Source: Octopus sinensis (taxonomy: Eukaryota). Taken from it: 64,000 nt of DNA. The stretch is taken from contig NC_043007.1 in assembly GCF_006345805.1 (NCBI RefSeq), positions 3,658,001-3,722,000 on the forward strand, written 5' to 3'. The notes beneath the pieces were generated by a model, which did not search any database, was not told the origin of the DNA, and worked only from the letters and a program-made list of their open reading frames with translations. The position numbers were made by a program, and so were the translations under genes. Numbering within the stretch: the stretch's first letter is position 1; every line of letters begins with the position of its first letter. Below, in pieces: positions 26,671-40,947 of this stretch.

Positions 26671-27913
26671 TTGGGTCGTCCATAAATAATGTGGTTCTTT
26701 TATACTTCTTTTATTTTTCAAAATTAAGATAAAGTCCTTTTTTAACCTAAAATATTTTCTCCATTTTCTACAATACTTTTCCATCTATCTGGTAGACTTG
26801 CAAGGCCATTTTTCCAAAATTCACTTGTCCATGATGGAAAATACTCCTCCAGTACTGTTCTGACCTCATCTACAGAATTCATATCTTTTCTGTTCAAATG
26901 ATTTTGAAGACTGCAGAATAAATGATAATCAGATTAAGCAATGTCCAGCAAATATGGTGGGTGGGGCATCGTTTCCCATTCAACCTGCTCCAGTCTTTGG
27001 AATGTCATCCCCGCTGTATGTAGCACAAGCATTATCCTGATGGAAGAATGCCTTTTGTCTTGAAAACAAAGGCGGTAATTTATTTTTCTACCACTGACTT
27101 AAGCCGCTCAAGTTGCTTGCAGTAGATCTTTATCGTTTGGTTTGGGTTTAAAAGTTCGATGTGGACTAAACCTTTCATATCCCACCAAACAGATAACAAC
27201 ACCTTATGTGAGTGAAGACCTTCTTTTTCCTGGGGTGCCAGTGCTTCTCCTTTCCCACCCAGTCTTCGACACTTAACATTTTTATAAAAACCATTTCCAT
27301 CACCAGTCACTATTCGGTTCAAAAAAGGTTCATTTGTGAAACACGACAGCAGAGCACACATTCACTCTGCACGCAATTAGACTCGGAAAGTTTGTGAGGA
27401 ACCCATTGACCCAATTTAGTGACTTCTCCGATAGCACACGAGTGTCAATGAATAGTTGAATGACCAAATCCAAGCTTCTCTGCTAGTTCCTCAACAGTTA
27501 CAATGGGATTTTGTTCCACCAGGGTTTGCAGGACATCCTTGTCGAGCTCTACAAATCTTCCAGGATGAAGCTCATCTTCTAACCTGTAGTTACCGGCTCA
27601 GAATTTCTGGAACCACTGTTGACACTGGCTTACGCTTCCTGTCTGATCCCCATATACTGCATTAATATTCCTCGCACTTTTTGTTACATTGTTGCCTCTA
27701 TTAAACTCAAAGCAAAATATGCTGAATATGCTCATCTGTCACTTCTATTACAGCTTTGAAAAAATTAACTTAAAATCAAACTGCACTAAGAATAAGGACA
27801 AAGTAAAATTACTACCTTCTTTATAGCAAGTTGACGCAGGTAGTTTTCCCCCCTTCCAACTCTTAGTTCATGCAATTGAAAAAAAAAAAAACATTATTTA
27901 TGGGATGACCCAA
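26671..27913 (-). mobile_element. Full-length decayed mariner (Tc1/mariner) DNA transposon
   Basis: TIRs TTGGGTCGTCCATAAATAATG and CATTATTTATGGGATGACCCAA, flanked by TA. Transposase remnants FLNRIVTGD, KVLLSVWWD, FHQDNA and PHPPYLLDIA*SDYHLF, with stops and frameshifts. Confidence 0.9.
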
Positions 27914-28519
27914 TAATATATAAGAACTTCAAATAAATAATATAGAATATCGAACTCAGATTGACAGCGAAAGATTAAAGACTGTCTAGCAGAATAGGTA
28001 TGGATGAAAAGGAATTTAAGAGTTTCAAGAATTAGTAATTATATCAGATGAGGATTTTGTCTCTGGACAAAGGACAGTTACAAATCATTGAGAAATTCAT
28101 CAAGGATCTTGTCTGGATAAGAATAAGATTAAAGCCTTTTGAATTTGCAAAAGGTACACATACAAGACAAACTGAGAATTTATGAATGAAACACGAAAAA
28201 CATTGAAGAAACTATGTTACAGCTCAACCTGCTAAAAATACCAGCCAAATCACACTCCACCATCTTAACAGGAGTGACACAATATATAAGATAGTTCATG
28301 TTTTCCTTTAAGAAGACATTGGCCAGATCAATCAGGACCAACCTGGAATTCAACAACAACTACCAATAAGATACAAGAGCAAGTTACTAATCTGGATATC
28401 ATCATTTTAATGTCCAGTTAATGATTAATGGTTGCTCCTTGTACATATCGACTAAAAAGTAACTTGAGCTGTAAGTAGAAAATACCTGCATCTAAGATTT
28501 CAGAAGTAGTTAGATGAAG

Positions 28520-28995
28520 ATCATCATCATCATAATCGTTTAACGTCCGCTTTCCATACTAACATGGGTTGGACGATTTGAATGAGGGCTGGCGAACCAG
28601 ATGGCTGCACCAGGCTTCAATCTTGATCTGGCAGAGTTTCTACAGCTGGATGCCCTTCCTCATGCCAACCACTCCGAGAGTGTAGTGGGTGCTTTTACGT
28701 GTCACCAGCAGTCAGGCGATACTGGCAATGACCTCACTCGAATCTTTTACACATGCCACCAGCACAGGTGCCAGTAAGGCGATGCTGGTAACGATCATGC
28801 TCAAATGGTGTCTTTTACATGCCACTGGCACAGAGGCTAGATAGCCGCTCTGGCAATGATCATGCTCGGATGGTGCTCTTAATACCCTACTAGTACGGGG
28901 CTTGAGTGCCAGTAAGGCGACGCTGGTAACGATCACGCTCGAATGGTGCCTTTTAAGTGCCACTGGCACTGAAGCCAGTTAGCCGCTCTGTCAAT
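28520..28995 (-). mobile_element. RTE-type LINE 3' tail with internal subrepeats
   Basis: CATCATCAT...CGTTTAACGTCCGCTTTCCA is the reverse complement of the family 3' end. Confidence 0.8.
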
Positions 28996-29587
28996 TATAT
29001 ATGATTTTATATCTTGTTCTTTCATCATGAAGAAACCTGCACCAAACAAACCATTTAAACAGCCAAGATCATTTAACTTGCAAAAGCTGAATAATTACAT
29101 TATTTTTTTCCACAGTCTAATAGAGAGTATGCAATCAAGTTGTTAAAAATAGCATTTAAATCTCTCAAATTACAACTAATTGTAAAAAAAAAAGTTAGTG
29201 TAGTTTTAGAGGCTTCGTAAATTAAAAAAAAAAAGTTCCTTGCTCAAATCTAGGACAACCCACTTCTAAATAGCTTTTTTCCTCACATTTTCACCAACTC
29301 TGGTCAACAAAATTTGATGTCCTTCAAATATAGAGAAATTCAGCATCAATGCACATTCATCTAAATAGTCATCTTGTTTAACACATTGGCACATCGTTAA
29401 TGTCATCTGAAAATATTGCTTTGTGCATCAAAAACATTGAAGCTTTGAAGAGATTTTTGGCAACAAATTAGAAGACTAAGAGGAAAATATATCAAAAACT
29501 AAAGCCTGAAGACTGCAGAACATGCTAAGCACCAATGTAGCTGCATTCAATAACATTCCATAGTACCATTTTCCAAGAAACTATTTT

Positions 29588-29960
29588 ACTCTTTTACTTG
29601 TTTCAGTCATTTGACTGCGGCCATGCTGGGGCATCACCTTTAGCCGGCTCAAGGACTTATTTTTATGTAAGCCTAGTACTTATTCTATCGGTCTCTTATA
29701 CCGAACTGCTAAGTTACAGGGACGTAAACACACCGACATCGGTTGTCAAGCGATGTTGGGGGGACAAACACAGACACACAAACATATACACACACACATA
29801 TATATGACGGGCTTCTTTCAGTTTCCATCAACAAAATCCACTCACAAGGCTTTGGTCAGCCTGAGGCTATAGTAGACGACACTTGCCCAAGGTACCATGC
29901 AGTGGGACTGAACCCAGAACCATGTGGTTCGTAAGCAAGCTACTTACCACACAGCCACTG
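29588..29960 (-). mobile_element. tRNA-derived SINE with CORE-like CCTTGGGCAAG motif
   Basis: Reverse complement of the copy at 45097-45495. Confidence 0.8.
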
Positions 29961-30199
29961 AAAGGCAATTTTTCTCCTGGCTGCACATGTTCCCATGGAA
30001 GACAAAGTTAGTGACACTCATGACTATCACACACTGGCAATATCCTCGCTCGAATGATTTTTCACGCACCACTGGCACGGAAGCCAGTTAGCTGCTCTGG
30101 CAATGATCACGCTCGGATGGTGAAAGCCCATCCTGTGTCTGTGCGTCCTTGTCTTGATATTGCATGATGGGTGTAAATGAGCATCACTGCCATACAAGC

Positions 30200-30804
30200 C
30201 ATGACCAGACTTTCCATTCAATGTCACTTTGTCCATGTCTTTTGATCTGATGATGTTTTTTGTGCGCCTTTTTGCCCAATTTTAAATAAACCCTTTAGAA
30301 AACAAGGTGAACATCAAATCAAATAATCATTGAGAATTTTATTAATAGGATTTGTCGCTGGACAAAAAAAAAAATCATCAGACAAAAAGATGTCAAACCA
30401 AAAGACATTTGACGAAGTGACGTCGGACGAAAAGACATTTGACAAAGTGACGTCGGACGAAAAGACATTTGACAAAGTGACGTCGGACGAAAAGACATTT
30501 AACGAAGTGACGTCAGGCGAAAAGACATTTGACGAAGTGACGTCAGACGAAAAGACATTTGACGAAGTGACGTCAGACGAAAAGACATTTGACGAAGTGA
30601 CGTCGGACAAAAAGACATTTGACGAAGTGACGTCGGACGAAAAGACATTTGACGAAGTGACATCGGACAAAAAGACATTTGACGAAGTGACGTCGGACGA
30701 AAAGACATTTGACGAAGTGACGTCGGACGAAAAGACATTTGACGAAGTGACGTCGGACAAAAAGACATTTGACGAAGTGACGTCGGACAAAAAGACATAA
30801 CACC
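30200..30804. mobile_element. Foldback-like element whose right arm is a 30-bp minisatellite (13 units, 30401-30797)
   Basis: Unit AAAGACATTTGACGAAGTGACGTCGGACGA. The segment 30220-30263 is an inverted degenerate copy of the arm. ACAAGC flanks both sides (30194-30199 and 30808-30813), and the insertion interrupts an older repeat. Confidence 0.7.
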
Positions 30805-31959
30805 TAAACAAGCAGTTGCTATTCGTTAGCAATAGTCTGCAAAAAAATGTTTGGTCATGGGGAAATATTACCTTACTTAAAAACAAGTGAGAGTTGGTGA
30901 CAAGAAGGGCATTCAGCCATTGGAAATCTGCCTCAATAAACTTCCTCTAAATCATGCAAACATGGAAATGTGGATGATATAAACTGACAACAATATATCT
31001 ATAGCAAAAAATCAAAAAAGCTTAACACTACAGGAGCTCATAATTTAAACCTAGTCCAAAAGCTGTTGGATATTTTTTCTTAAATTTATCCTCTTTGTTG
31101 CACAAATTTATGAACAATAGTCAAAGGTTATTTTTATTCTCCATACTGAATTATATCACCCAGTAAGGACTTGGAAAACTCCCTGACACATATCAAAACA
31201 AAAATTCTATGTAAAATTTTAAGTTGCAGATTTTAGTGCTGCAGTCAGAGCTATGTCCTCGTAAGTCCATAAAAATGTTAGTTCTTAATGATTATGAGGA
31301 AAAAAAAACAATGTCTTCTTCCGTACCCATGGTCTTCACAGGCCCTCTGAAACTGCTGCTGTTGGTACCCTTAATATTCCAGTTAACTATTACAAGCTGA
31401 CTACTTGAAGAAAGCTATGTGCAGAGAAGGGACACAATACAGGTGAAGAGAAAAAGAGTGTTTAATATCCACGAATAGCGGTGGCATGAGGTTAGCTCTG
31501 AAGAGTAAAATCCATTTTAGATGATGTAGAAAAAGCACAGAAAGACACCACATCTGTGGTTGGGTCGTGCTTGTGAGTGACTTCATGCCTAGGTTTAACC
31601 TGAGGTCAACTCTGATCAAGCAGACTTTTGATCAAAAACTATTCAAAACCACCACTTCATAATTTCAGGCATAGTGATTTGAGGATCACACTATCCGCTA
31701 AGTCCTTTTCCCCAACATGGCACGAGTGTGATTCAAAGGAAATTTTGCTTCTGTTCAAAATGTACAGTGGCTCTCTTTCTGGTTACGTTATGTATTGATA
31801 TTTCAATAAAACCGTTCCCCTTCAAAAACATTTGCAATGTCTTGGGACTGGATTGAAATTTCTGTTTTTATGACAGTTTTGTCATATTAAACCTGATTAA
31901 TACTCAAATATTGTCATTGCTTTGATTTTAAAATGAATTACATATTTTCAGTTTGATAT

Positions 31960-32172
31960 GCTTTTCTACTCTAGGCACAAGGCCTGAAATTATTGGGGAA
32001 GGGGGCCAGTCGATTAGATCGACCTCAGTACGCAATGGTACTTAATTTATCCACCCCGAAAGGATGAAAGGCAGAGTCAACCTCGGCGGAATTTGAACTC
32101 AGAACGTAACGGAAGGCGAAATACTGCTGAGCATTTCGCCCAGTGTGCTAACCATTCTGCCAGCTCGCTGCT
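31960..32172 (-). mobile_element. tRNA-derived SINE with Nin/Deu-like central domain
   Basis: Shares CCCCGAAAGGATGAAAGGCA...GGAATTTGAACTC with the copies at 44405, 55980, 57152 and 62312. Confidence 0.75.
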
Positions 32173-32379
32173 ATTTTTTAGTTTGATATTGTTAAAATGA
32201 ATAACTACTCACAGCCAGTACAGATTTTAACATTTCCACAGCAAGGGTAACCCACTATCAGGAAGAGTAGCATGATAGACAAAAGTAATGACATCTCACA
32301 ACTTTCCAAGTTCAAAATCGCATAAGGGGTCAAGTCTACCTTTCATATATGGAGTAGGGGGGGGGGGGTAAAATAAAAG

Positions 32380-32937
32380 TGCATGCTTGTTCCTTCTCGA
32401 GCCATGCCTGGCTCATAAGGGCCGGTTTCCTTGGCATATAGGTTCCCCACCCGGATGGGACGCCGGTCCATCACAGGTGAGCTGCTAGAAGCAGGAGGAA
32501 AGAGTGAGAGAAAGTTGTGGCAAAAGTGTCAGCAGAAGTTTGCCATTACCTTCTGCTGGAGCCATGTGGAGCTTAGGTGTTTCACTCATAAACACACACA
32601 TTGCTCGGTTTGAGATTCGAACCTGTGATCCCTTGACTGTGAGTCTGCTGCTCTAACCACTAGGCCATTTGCTCATAAACACACACGTTGCTCGGTCTGA
32701 GATTCGAACCTGTGATCCCTTGACTGTGAGTCTTTTGATCTGACCACTAGGCCATTTGCGCATAAACACACACGTTGCTCGGTCTGAGATTCGAACCTGT
32801 GATCCCTTGACTGTGAGTCTGCTGCTCTAACCACTAGGCCATTTGCGCATAAACACACACGTTGCTCGGTTTGAGATTCGAACCCGCGATCCCTTGACCA
32901 TGAGTCCGCTGCTCTAACCAGTAGGCCATGTGCCTCC
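32380..32937 (-). mobile_element. tRNA-derived SINE with four tandem 87-bp Pol III heads
   Basis: Units start at 32587, 32674, 32761 and 32848. Each carries an A-box (TGGCCTAGTGG) and B-box (GGTTCGAATC) on the minus strand. The body contains CCTGTGATGGACCGGCGTCCCATCC, which resembles a Meta/V domain. Confidence 0.8.
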
Positions 32938-33450
32938 ATAAAAGTACATGTACTGGCATCTATTTCATAAACTACACCCATGCACACACAAAAAAAAAAA
33001 AAGTAGCCTTGTGTCCATTTTAGATATCAATATTTTCCCCCAACACAAACACACCAACACCATAATGTTATATACTTATATTTGATAATTGTCAAACACT
33101 AAGTAGTCAACCTACATAGGTCTGAATCAATAGAAGGACACGATCCATATTTTGTTCAAGAAAATAAACATTTTTGTCATTCTGATTTTAAAATGATTGT
33201 AACATACAGTTAGACACGAAACAACTCCTCCACAGCTTCTATGTTAAGCTTTCAAAACAAAACTATAAATTCTAATTTTTGCACAAGGAGGAGGCAAGTT
33301 GATTACATCAACCCAAGAACATAACTGGTATATATTTTATCAACCTCAACAGAATTTGAACTCGATAAAAGAGGCAGAAGTCTTCTGATATAGCCTCAGG
33401 CTGACCAAAGCCTTGTGATTGGATGTGGCAGATGGCAAGTGAAATAAACT

Positions 33451-33485
<35 letters not shown>

Positions 33486-34254
33486 ATCAATATAAAGTTC
33501 CGTTCTGAGTCATATAGACTCATAGGAACAGTTTCATGGTTTCCAAGACATATATGTTCCCTACTTGGACAGGATGACAGTCTGTCACAGGATTACTGTT
33601 TTGCCAGTCGAGTGGCCTGAGCAACATGAAATGAAGTGATTTGCTCAAAAACATAATGGCCCAGGAATTGAAACCATAATCTTACAATCAGGAGTCCAAC
33701 ACCCTAACCACTAAGCCACACGCCTTCACACGCACATATCTTTGTGTGAGTCTCTGTTTGTCCCCCACCACTGTTTGACAACCAGTGTTGGTGTGTTTAC
33801 ATCCTTGTAATTTAGCAGTTTGGAGAAAGAAGCCAACAAAATAAGTCCCAGGCTTATAAGCAAGTACTGGGGGTCAAAGTGTTTGACTCAACCTTCCAAG
33901 GCAGTGCTCCAGCATGGCTGCAGTTCAGTGACCAAAACAAATAAAAGGTAAAATATTATGAGCCATTTGCCTACCATCATAAAGCCTTGGCCTGTGTACG
34001 TGTCAGGGGCACGGATGAATGGTTAAGAAGCTCTCTTCCCAACCACATGAAAGTGGGATCCATCAGTGTGTGGTAACTTGCTTGGGCAGTGTCTTTGAGC
34101 CAACCAAAGCCTTGAGAATGGATTTAGTTGACAAGCTGAAATAAGCCTGTCATGAATGTATGGGGGAGCAAGGGTGTCCTTGTCTGGCCATTGTACAACA
34201 GTTGCTGGAAAGACCACAGCTTCTTGTTTTGTGACCATACTAGACCACCAAGTG

Positions 34255-34590
34255 TCATCATCGTTTAACATCCACTTTCCATGCTGGCATGGGTTGAATG
34301 GTTTGACTGACGACTGGCAAGCCAAGAGGCTGCATCAGGCTCCATTCTGTTCTGGCAAGGTTCCTACAGCTGGATGCCCTTCCTAATGCCAACAACTCCA
34401 AGAGTATAGTGGGTGCTTTTCACATGCGACCTGCACGGGCACCAGTCTGGCAGCACTGGCATTGACCACATTCAAATGGTGCCTTTTACATGCTACCAGC
34501 ATGGGAGCCAGTCAGACAGCACTGGCATCAATCACACTCATATGGTGCTTTTCTGTGCCACCATCACAGGTTTGACATGCCACTGGCACA
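34255..34590 (-). mobile_element. RTE-type LINE 3' tail
   Basis: TCATCATCGTTTAACATCCACTTTCCATGC and GGATGCCCTTCCTAATGCCAAC family signature. Confidence 0.75.
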
Positions 34591-36717
34591 GATATAACAT
34601 ACTTGGTAGTATATCATGATTGCAAAATGAAATACTGTGAGTCTTGCCTACAATTAATCTATACATATCAGTTGCCAGGAATGTGTATAACAGTTGTAAG
34701 CATGTGTCATTCAAGTAGTGTCCGTCGTTTCCAATATTGTGGAAACATGTCCAACCATAGAGAAAATATGACTTACAATTCCATCTGACCCATGCAAGCA
34801 AAGCAGACATTAAAATGATGATGATATAAGGGTATGAATATAGCCACCCAAGTTAAAGAGATATCTCAAGCCAATAGTCTGTGACATTATGAAGCAAATG
34901 ATATACACTCATAACTGTGAGCATATGTGTGTATAATGCATACATTTAATCACTAATGTCAGGGAGACATTGTGTCTGCTGGCTGCTTGCATGCATAAAT
35001 CTAAGTTAAAAAATCAAAACTTCCACTCAATATATTATAGAATAGAACACAGAATGTCAGAATAAAGCATTTTTTTCACAATGTTATTACATCTTCCTTT
35101 TATAAGGAAAGCTTCAGTGTGTGTGTGTGTATATATAAAACAAATTTTCAAATCTCTACAAATCAATACTTGTAACAGCCTAAAAACAGGGATATTCAAC
35201 TACGTTACCCCACCCCTTGTTTCAGAAAATGTCAAGATGAAAACAAAAAAAAATCCAAGTAGCCAACACATAAATATTTAAGAATAATGGATAGGACTAG
35301 ATTCTGTAGGCTGAACTAAAAGTATGCAAGGGGCAAACTGACATCGTCCCATATTTAGATTCCAGTCTGAACACAGGTATTGGATTTAATGTTAAGAATT
35401 TTAATTTTAGAACCAAGGAGACAACACAATTCTAAGGAAAACTTGCTCTTTGAACCAGCGAGTGATGGTAACTGGACAGAGACATAACATTGGAAGCTAT
35501 AGAAAGGAAATTTAGAGAAAAAGCATTTACAGAAGAATTCCTTACATCTGATAAGTAACAATGAACCTACTCAACACTTGTTATTAAGGGTCGAATGAGT
35601 AAAGAAGCAGACAAGTAAAACTGTGTAGATGCCATTTAGGGAAGATCAGAGAAACTGGTTTCCCCAGGAAATGAAGATGGAAAGTGCAGATAAATGGGAA
35701 ACTGAGATTGAAAACTTTATACAAGAACCCAAGCATTGAAGTCAAGATTATTAAATGAAGTTGGAAAAATGTTAGATTCAAGACTTATCTGAAGCCACAA
35801 ATCTCAGTCACCATTTATTGGAATTCTATGAAAAGGTATAAACAGGATCAAATGCTACAGACAATTCTATTTCTAATTAGTTATACAAAAAAAAAAAAAC
35901 ATGGTTCCAGGTTCAGTCCTACTACATGGCATCTTGCGCAAGTATCTACTATAGCCCCAGGCTGGCCAAAGCCTTATGAACAGAAACTAAAAGATGTGTG
36001 TGTGTATGTGTTACAGTCTTCTTTCCTTAACACCATGCTATAGTTGTAAGCAAGTGGCACCATCATGTAGTGGTGCCATTCATTTCCACTTTCCCAAGAC
36101 ATGTCTGGCCATGGAGAAATATTATATTACTTGGAAACAGGTGAGAATTGGCAACAGGAAGGACATCCAACCATGGAAAAATCCAACTAACAAGCTATCT
36201 GATCCACGCAAGCATCGAAAAGTGGACATTAAAAAACAATGATGATGATAAAGAAAAATACAGTAATTTCATCAAGAACACACTGATGGTCTGATACTAT
36301 CATACAAGAACAAACATTCTATGGTAAGAATAGATTAAAAAAGACCAATGCAGGAAGACTGTGGCATAGTTTACCTTTATGGGACAGAACAGAATGGTTA
36401 AGAGAGAGCTAACAAATATATTACAAAAACTGAAATTAATCTGTTTTTACATTCTATACACACAGTCAATTCCAGTGTTCTATATACGGTAATTAAAAAC
36501 CATGAGCCATAATTGTCGATTAACACTCACAGAAGTTGAACAAGATATCCACATAACAGTGGCTATTTGAAGATGAAGAGTTTAATATTAACAAGATGAC
36601 CTGCACTACACTGGCCAATAATTAGGCTTATGAGAAGAGTACTGGATTACCTTGTTGCCTTTTTGCCTTGACCAAAAAGAACTTGATCTCAGCCCTAAAT
36701 TATAGGGTTTTCAGATT

Positions 36718-37103
36718 TTGTGGTAAATAGCTTGCTTACAAACTACATGGTTCCGAGTTCAGTCCCACTACGTGACAACTTGGGCAAGTGTCTTCTACTA
36801 TAGCCTTGGGCCAACCAAAGTCTTGTGAGTGGATTTGGTAGACGGAAACTAAAAGAAGCCTGTTATATATATATATATATATATATATTATGTATATATA
36901 TATGTGTGTGTGTGTCTGTGTTTGTCCCCGCAAACATCGCTTCACAACCGATGCTGGTGTGTTTACGTTCCCGTAACTTAGAGACCGATAGAATAAGTAC
37001 TAGGCTTATAAAGAATAGTTCCTGGGGTCAATGTGCTCGACTAAAGGCAGTGATCCAGCATGGCCACAGTCAAATGACTGAAACAAGTAAAGAAAGAAAA
37101 AGA
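36718..37103 (+). mobile_element. tRNA-derived CORE-like SINE
   Basis: Collinear with 45097-45495, with an internal TA/TG microsatellite. Confidence 0.8.
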
Positions 37104-40100
37104 GTTAGGTGGACAGTGATGGGAAGGTTTCATCCAATAGACACAGCACTGGTAAGGGTACAAGCTGAAAGAGATCCCAAACCCTAGCAACACCATAAGC
37201 TGCAACTTCTTCAGTTCTAATAGAAGAGGTGAAATATGTTGCTGCCACCTTATAAAGAGGATTGGTAGAAATAGAATCCAGCAAATTGGCCAAATACTAA
37301 GCAATTGTATAGAATTATATTTTCTTGCTTACAGTACTTAAACACACGCAAATCAAATTACACTGAAGTGTTACCCTATATGCCAATAAAGCAGAGGGTA
37401 TCAGAATTCCAAAATAATTTACCAAATGCATGTGGGGAAATTACCAACATATTCCTACTGCCAACTAACCTATTAAACCTTCTGTTACCAAAATTATAGT
37501 GAAAATTACTTCCTTTGTTTCAAACTTTGAAAATAATGAACTTATTAAGCTGGTGCTGAGTAAGAATTCCACCAAAGTCAACTTTGCTTTTCATCATTGG
37601 AGGTGGGGAGGTCTTGAAAATAAGTACCAGTCAAGTACTGGGGTCAATTAACAAGCCACCTCCCAGAGAATTTCAGGCCTTGTGCCAACGGAAGAATTGA
37701 GACAGAAATTAACAGGACATTTGATGGAAGTGTGTGTCATAGCGCCAACAGTGGTTTCAGGGAGGGCCAAAAGACATGAGCCAATGTTTTGTCTCAGTTC
37801 AGCCTTTTTAAAGAAGATCTGGCACCAGAGGTGTTCCAGTCATGACCACTGCAATTCTAGAATCAAATTAATAAATGTATCACTCGTTCCAAAGTGGTAT
37901 GATGTAATTTGAGGGATGTTTGGCAGATAGGTCTTGTAGATCAAACAACCAGGGGTCCCTCATTGATTGCTGATATGTGCAACATGTAGCTTTTAATATA
38001 GAGATGAAAGAGTGACTGTATGATACCTGATGGGGCAAAATGTGTCATGTGGTACATGGATAAAATAGACTCAGCAGAAGAAGCCCTCAAAAACACAGGA
38101 AGCAAGACTGATATTTAAAATCTAAGAATACCATAACTACAGAATCAAACTGAAAAAACTGTCTGCCCCACATGTACCAACATGGGGAAATTGATGTTTT
38201 TTCAGACCAAAATTTACAGTCAAAAGAAGGGAGACATATCCAAGACAACTTTAAAGGTCCAAAAATTCCATGTGAAATGAAGGATTTAGAAAGCTAGCGG
38301 CAAAGTTTGAAGGTTTACAGTGCAGATTTACACTATATATTTATGTCAACATCTATGTCAGAAAATACTCGCAAACCCTTACAACACCTCCGCACCATTT
38401 CCTATGAGAAAACCAGCCTTAATGCCTGCAGGAATGGACAGGATTTGGAGAAGTAAAGAACTACGTAAAATACCGAAATTGTTCTTTAGGCCCAAGTAAG
38501 CTAATCGAAACAGATATGATCAAAAGACATGTCCAACTGTAACCATCCAGTTTTTAAGAGGGGTGTAATGAGGGAGCATTAGCTGCTGTTTCTTGAAGCT
38601 CAAATGACTGCCTAGAGACTATCTTAATGGGATCATTAAAGTAGAAGGAAATGCATCAACAGAGGATGAAAACAAGGAAATGACAAGCAGTATGACTACA
38701 GCCTGCAAGGTCCGATTTGAATCTTTTCTTCTGCGGAAGGAAGAGCCAGCCTTCTTCTATCATACTCTCAATTTTGGTCAACTTGCACCACAGGGTCTCG
38801 GAGAAGATAGTGTTAGTTGAAGGCTACCAAACCTGCCACACACAGACAACTTCAGCTTTATATATAAAAATATCAGAGGTAAAAAAATACTTGAAAGGTA
38901 AATAGAAACCGGTTCAAATTGATTATACCTGAAAGAAAATTGTGTCATTTCAGAAGAAACCTATTTTCATGTGGTATTGCATATTGCTTATTGAACACAC
39001 ACTATTTGGTGTCAAAACAAACCTGATAACATATGGCACACAGATTGTATTATTGACTGCAAAGACAATCTAAAAATATAAATATCGACTGTAGACTATG
39101 TCCAGTGAAACAATGTGACCTCACAAGGGAACAAATGATAGAAAAGAATATTGGAACAGACCGACTTAAGTGTAAGTATGAATAACAAAAAGATTACAAT
39201 CAGAAAAGAAAAGTGGTGAGTTGGATTAAACAAAGTGGATCAATAAGGCAACTTAGCAAAGAGAGCAAGGACTGATGCAGTGTGGGGAGGTGGTCTTTAG
39301 TCCTGTCAGACAACCCTGGTTCTGATGATGTGATAGAACAGCACTCAGTCCAAGCTATGCAACGGATGGCAATTTGAAGGACATCAAGCTAGAAAACAAT
39401 ACCAAACAAATCTTGGCAGGTTTTCTTTGTCATTGAGTGTGTCTGATGACGAAGGACTGCACCAAGTGTTTGACACTCAAAGAGAAAAATAGACAAATTC
39501 AACCTGAGGCAGCATGGAGAAGAAGAAAAAAAAGATTTAAAACAGTTATGATGACTAACATTATGAAATAGCAAAGAAGGACACTGACTAACAAAAGATG
39601 CCAGACATAACTAAAAACAAGGGTCTTCTGAAAGTATGGAATTCAGTTCTAAGGAACCAACCCAGCAAGCAACAAATTCCATGAGATCCACCTGGAATTT
39701 CTTTTGGGATCAATTTCGCCACTAGGAGCATTTGAATTCTAGAATTATTTTCTTTGCCTCAACCCAAACCTGGGAACTTGAATAGTTATGAGTAATTTCT
39801 CCACAAAGTGAGAAACATTTTTGATTTAAAAGAACAAATGCATTGTACTCTTAAGAAGGAATATTAATATGCTTTAGTTAATTCTCAAGTGGTCAGAGCA
39901 CTTGATGAAACTAGTCACGCAATTAATAAGTACTTGACCTTAAGGAGTAAAACAAAAGAACCAACCCCCATAAACACAGACACAGAAATAATGTGGCCCT
40001 ATCTTGCAGGTATAAAGCATGAACATTATTCTGAACTCCTGTTTAGGTCAAGGTTAATATTTGACCTAGTTAAAGTCAAATGTTTTTTTCCTTTTTAGTT

Positions 40101-40399
40101 GAATAATTTTGAAGCCAATGTTCCCCAGGTTATCGCATTACCAAAGCTTCTTTCTGCTCTGGGTTTCCAAGATGTCACTTTTGCTTATGTTGATATATAA
40201 AGTTGAAGGAAGCAAACAAAAGTTGGAACACACAAGCAAACAATTTCCTGTGGAGGACAAAAAAATATATATACATCCACCAAAAAAAAATAAATAAGTG
40301 CAATAATAAAACACTTGATAAAATTATTACTTCAGAGCCCCTCCAGATATGACTAAGGTCACTGCAATAGTTAAACAGTAAATGGCAAGTTACTTGGAG

Positions 40400-40575
<176 letters not shown>

Positions 40576-40947
40576 ACTGGGGAAGAGATATTTAAGTCCT
40601 AATGTCAGATGTCTAACCTTTTTGTTTTAACTTCAGTATTAAATTTCACACAAACTTCATTTCTAGTCTGAGTCATGATGAAGGTCAAAGAAAATTTCAC
40701 CGAATTAAACCTCACAGCACAATCAATATTTGCTGCCCTTAAAGGCCCCACCCTTCTTGATTGGCTCTGAAAGACAACACCTTTCAAGAAATAATACTTA
40801 ATATGGCTGATTACACCCACTCACTTCCATGCATTTCTAATGTAGGAAGGACAGATATGAAATATATCTCCATACATTGCAGGCATAGCTGTGGGATTAA
40901 GGAATTTGAAACCACATGGTTTCAGGTTTAGTCAACTGTTTGAAATC

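Noticed and set aside
30314-30886. 156-190 aa repetitive ORFs, or a CRISPR-like array
   Set aside because: A pure 30-bp tandem repeat with no unique spacers and no cas genes. Frames stay open only because the unit is a multiple of three.
32587-32937. tRNA gene cluster
   Set aside because: No proper acceptor stem or cloverleaf; the heads continue into a SINE body.
39433-39480. C/D snoRNA or hammerhead-like hairpin containing CTGATGA
   Set aside because: Too short, box D is degenerate, and there is no GAAA catalytic partner in the right geometry.
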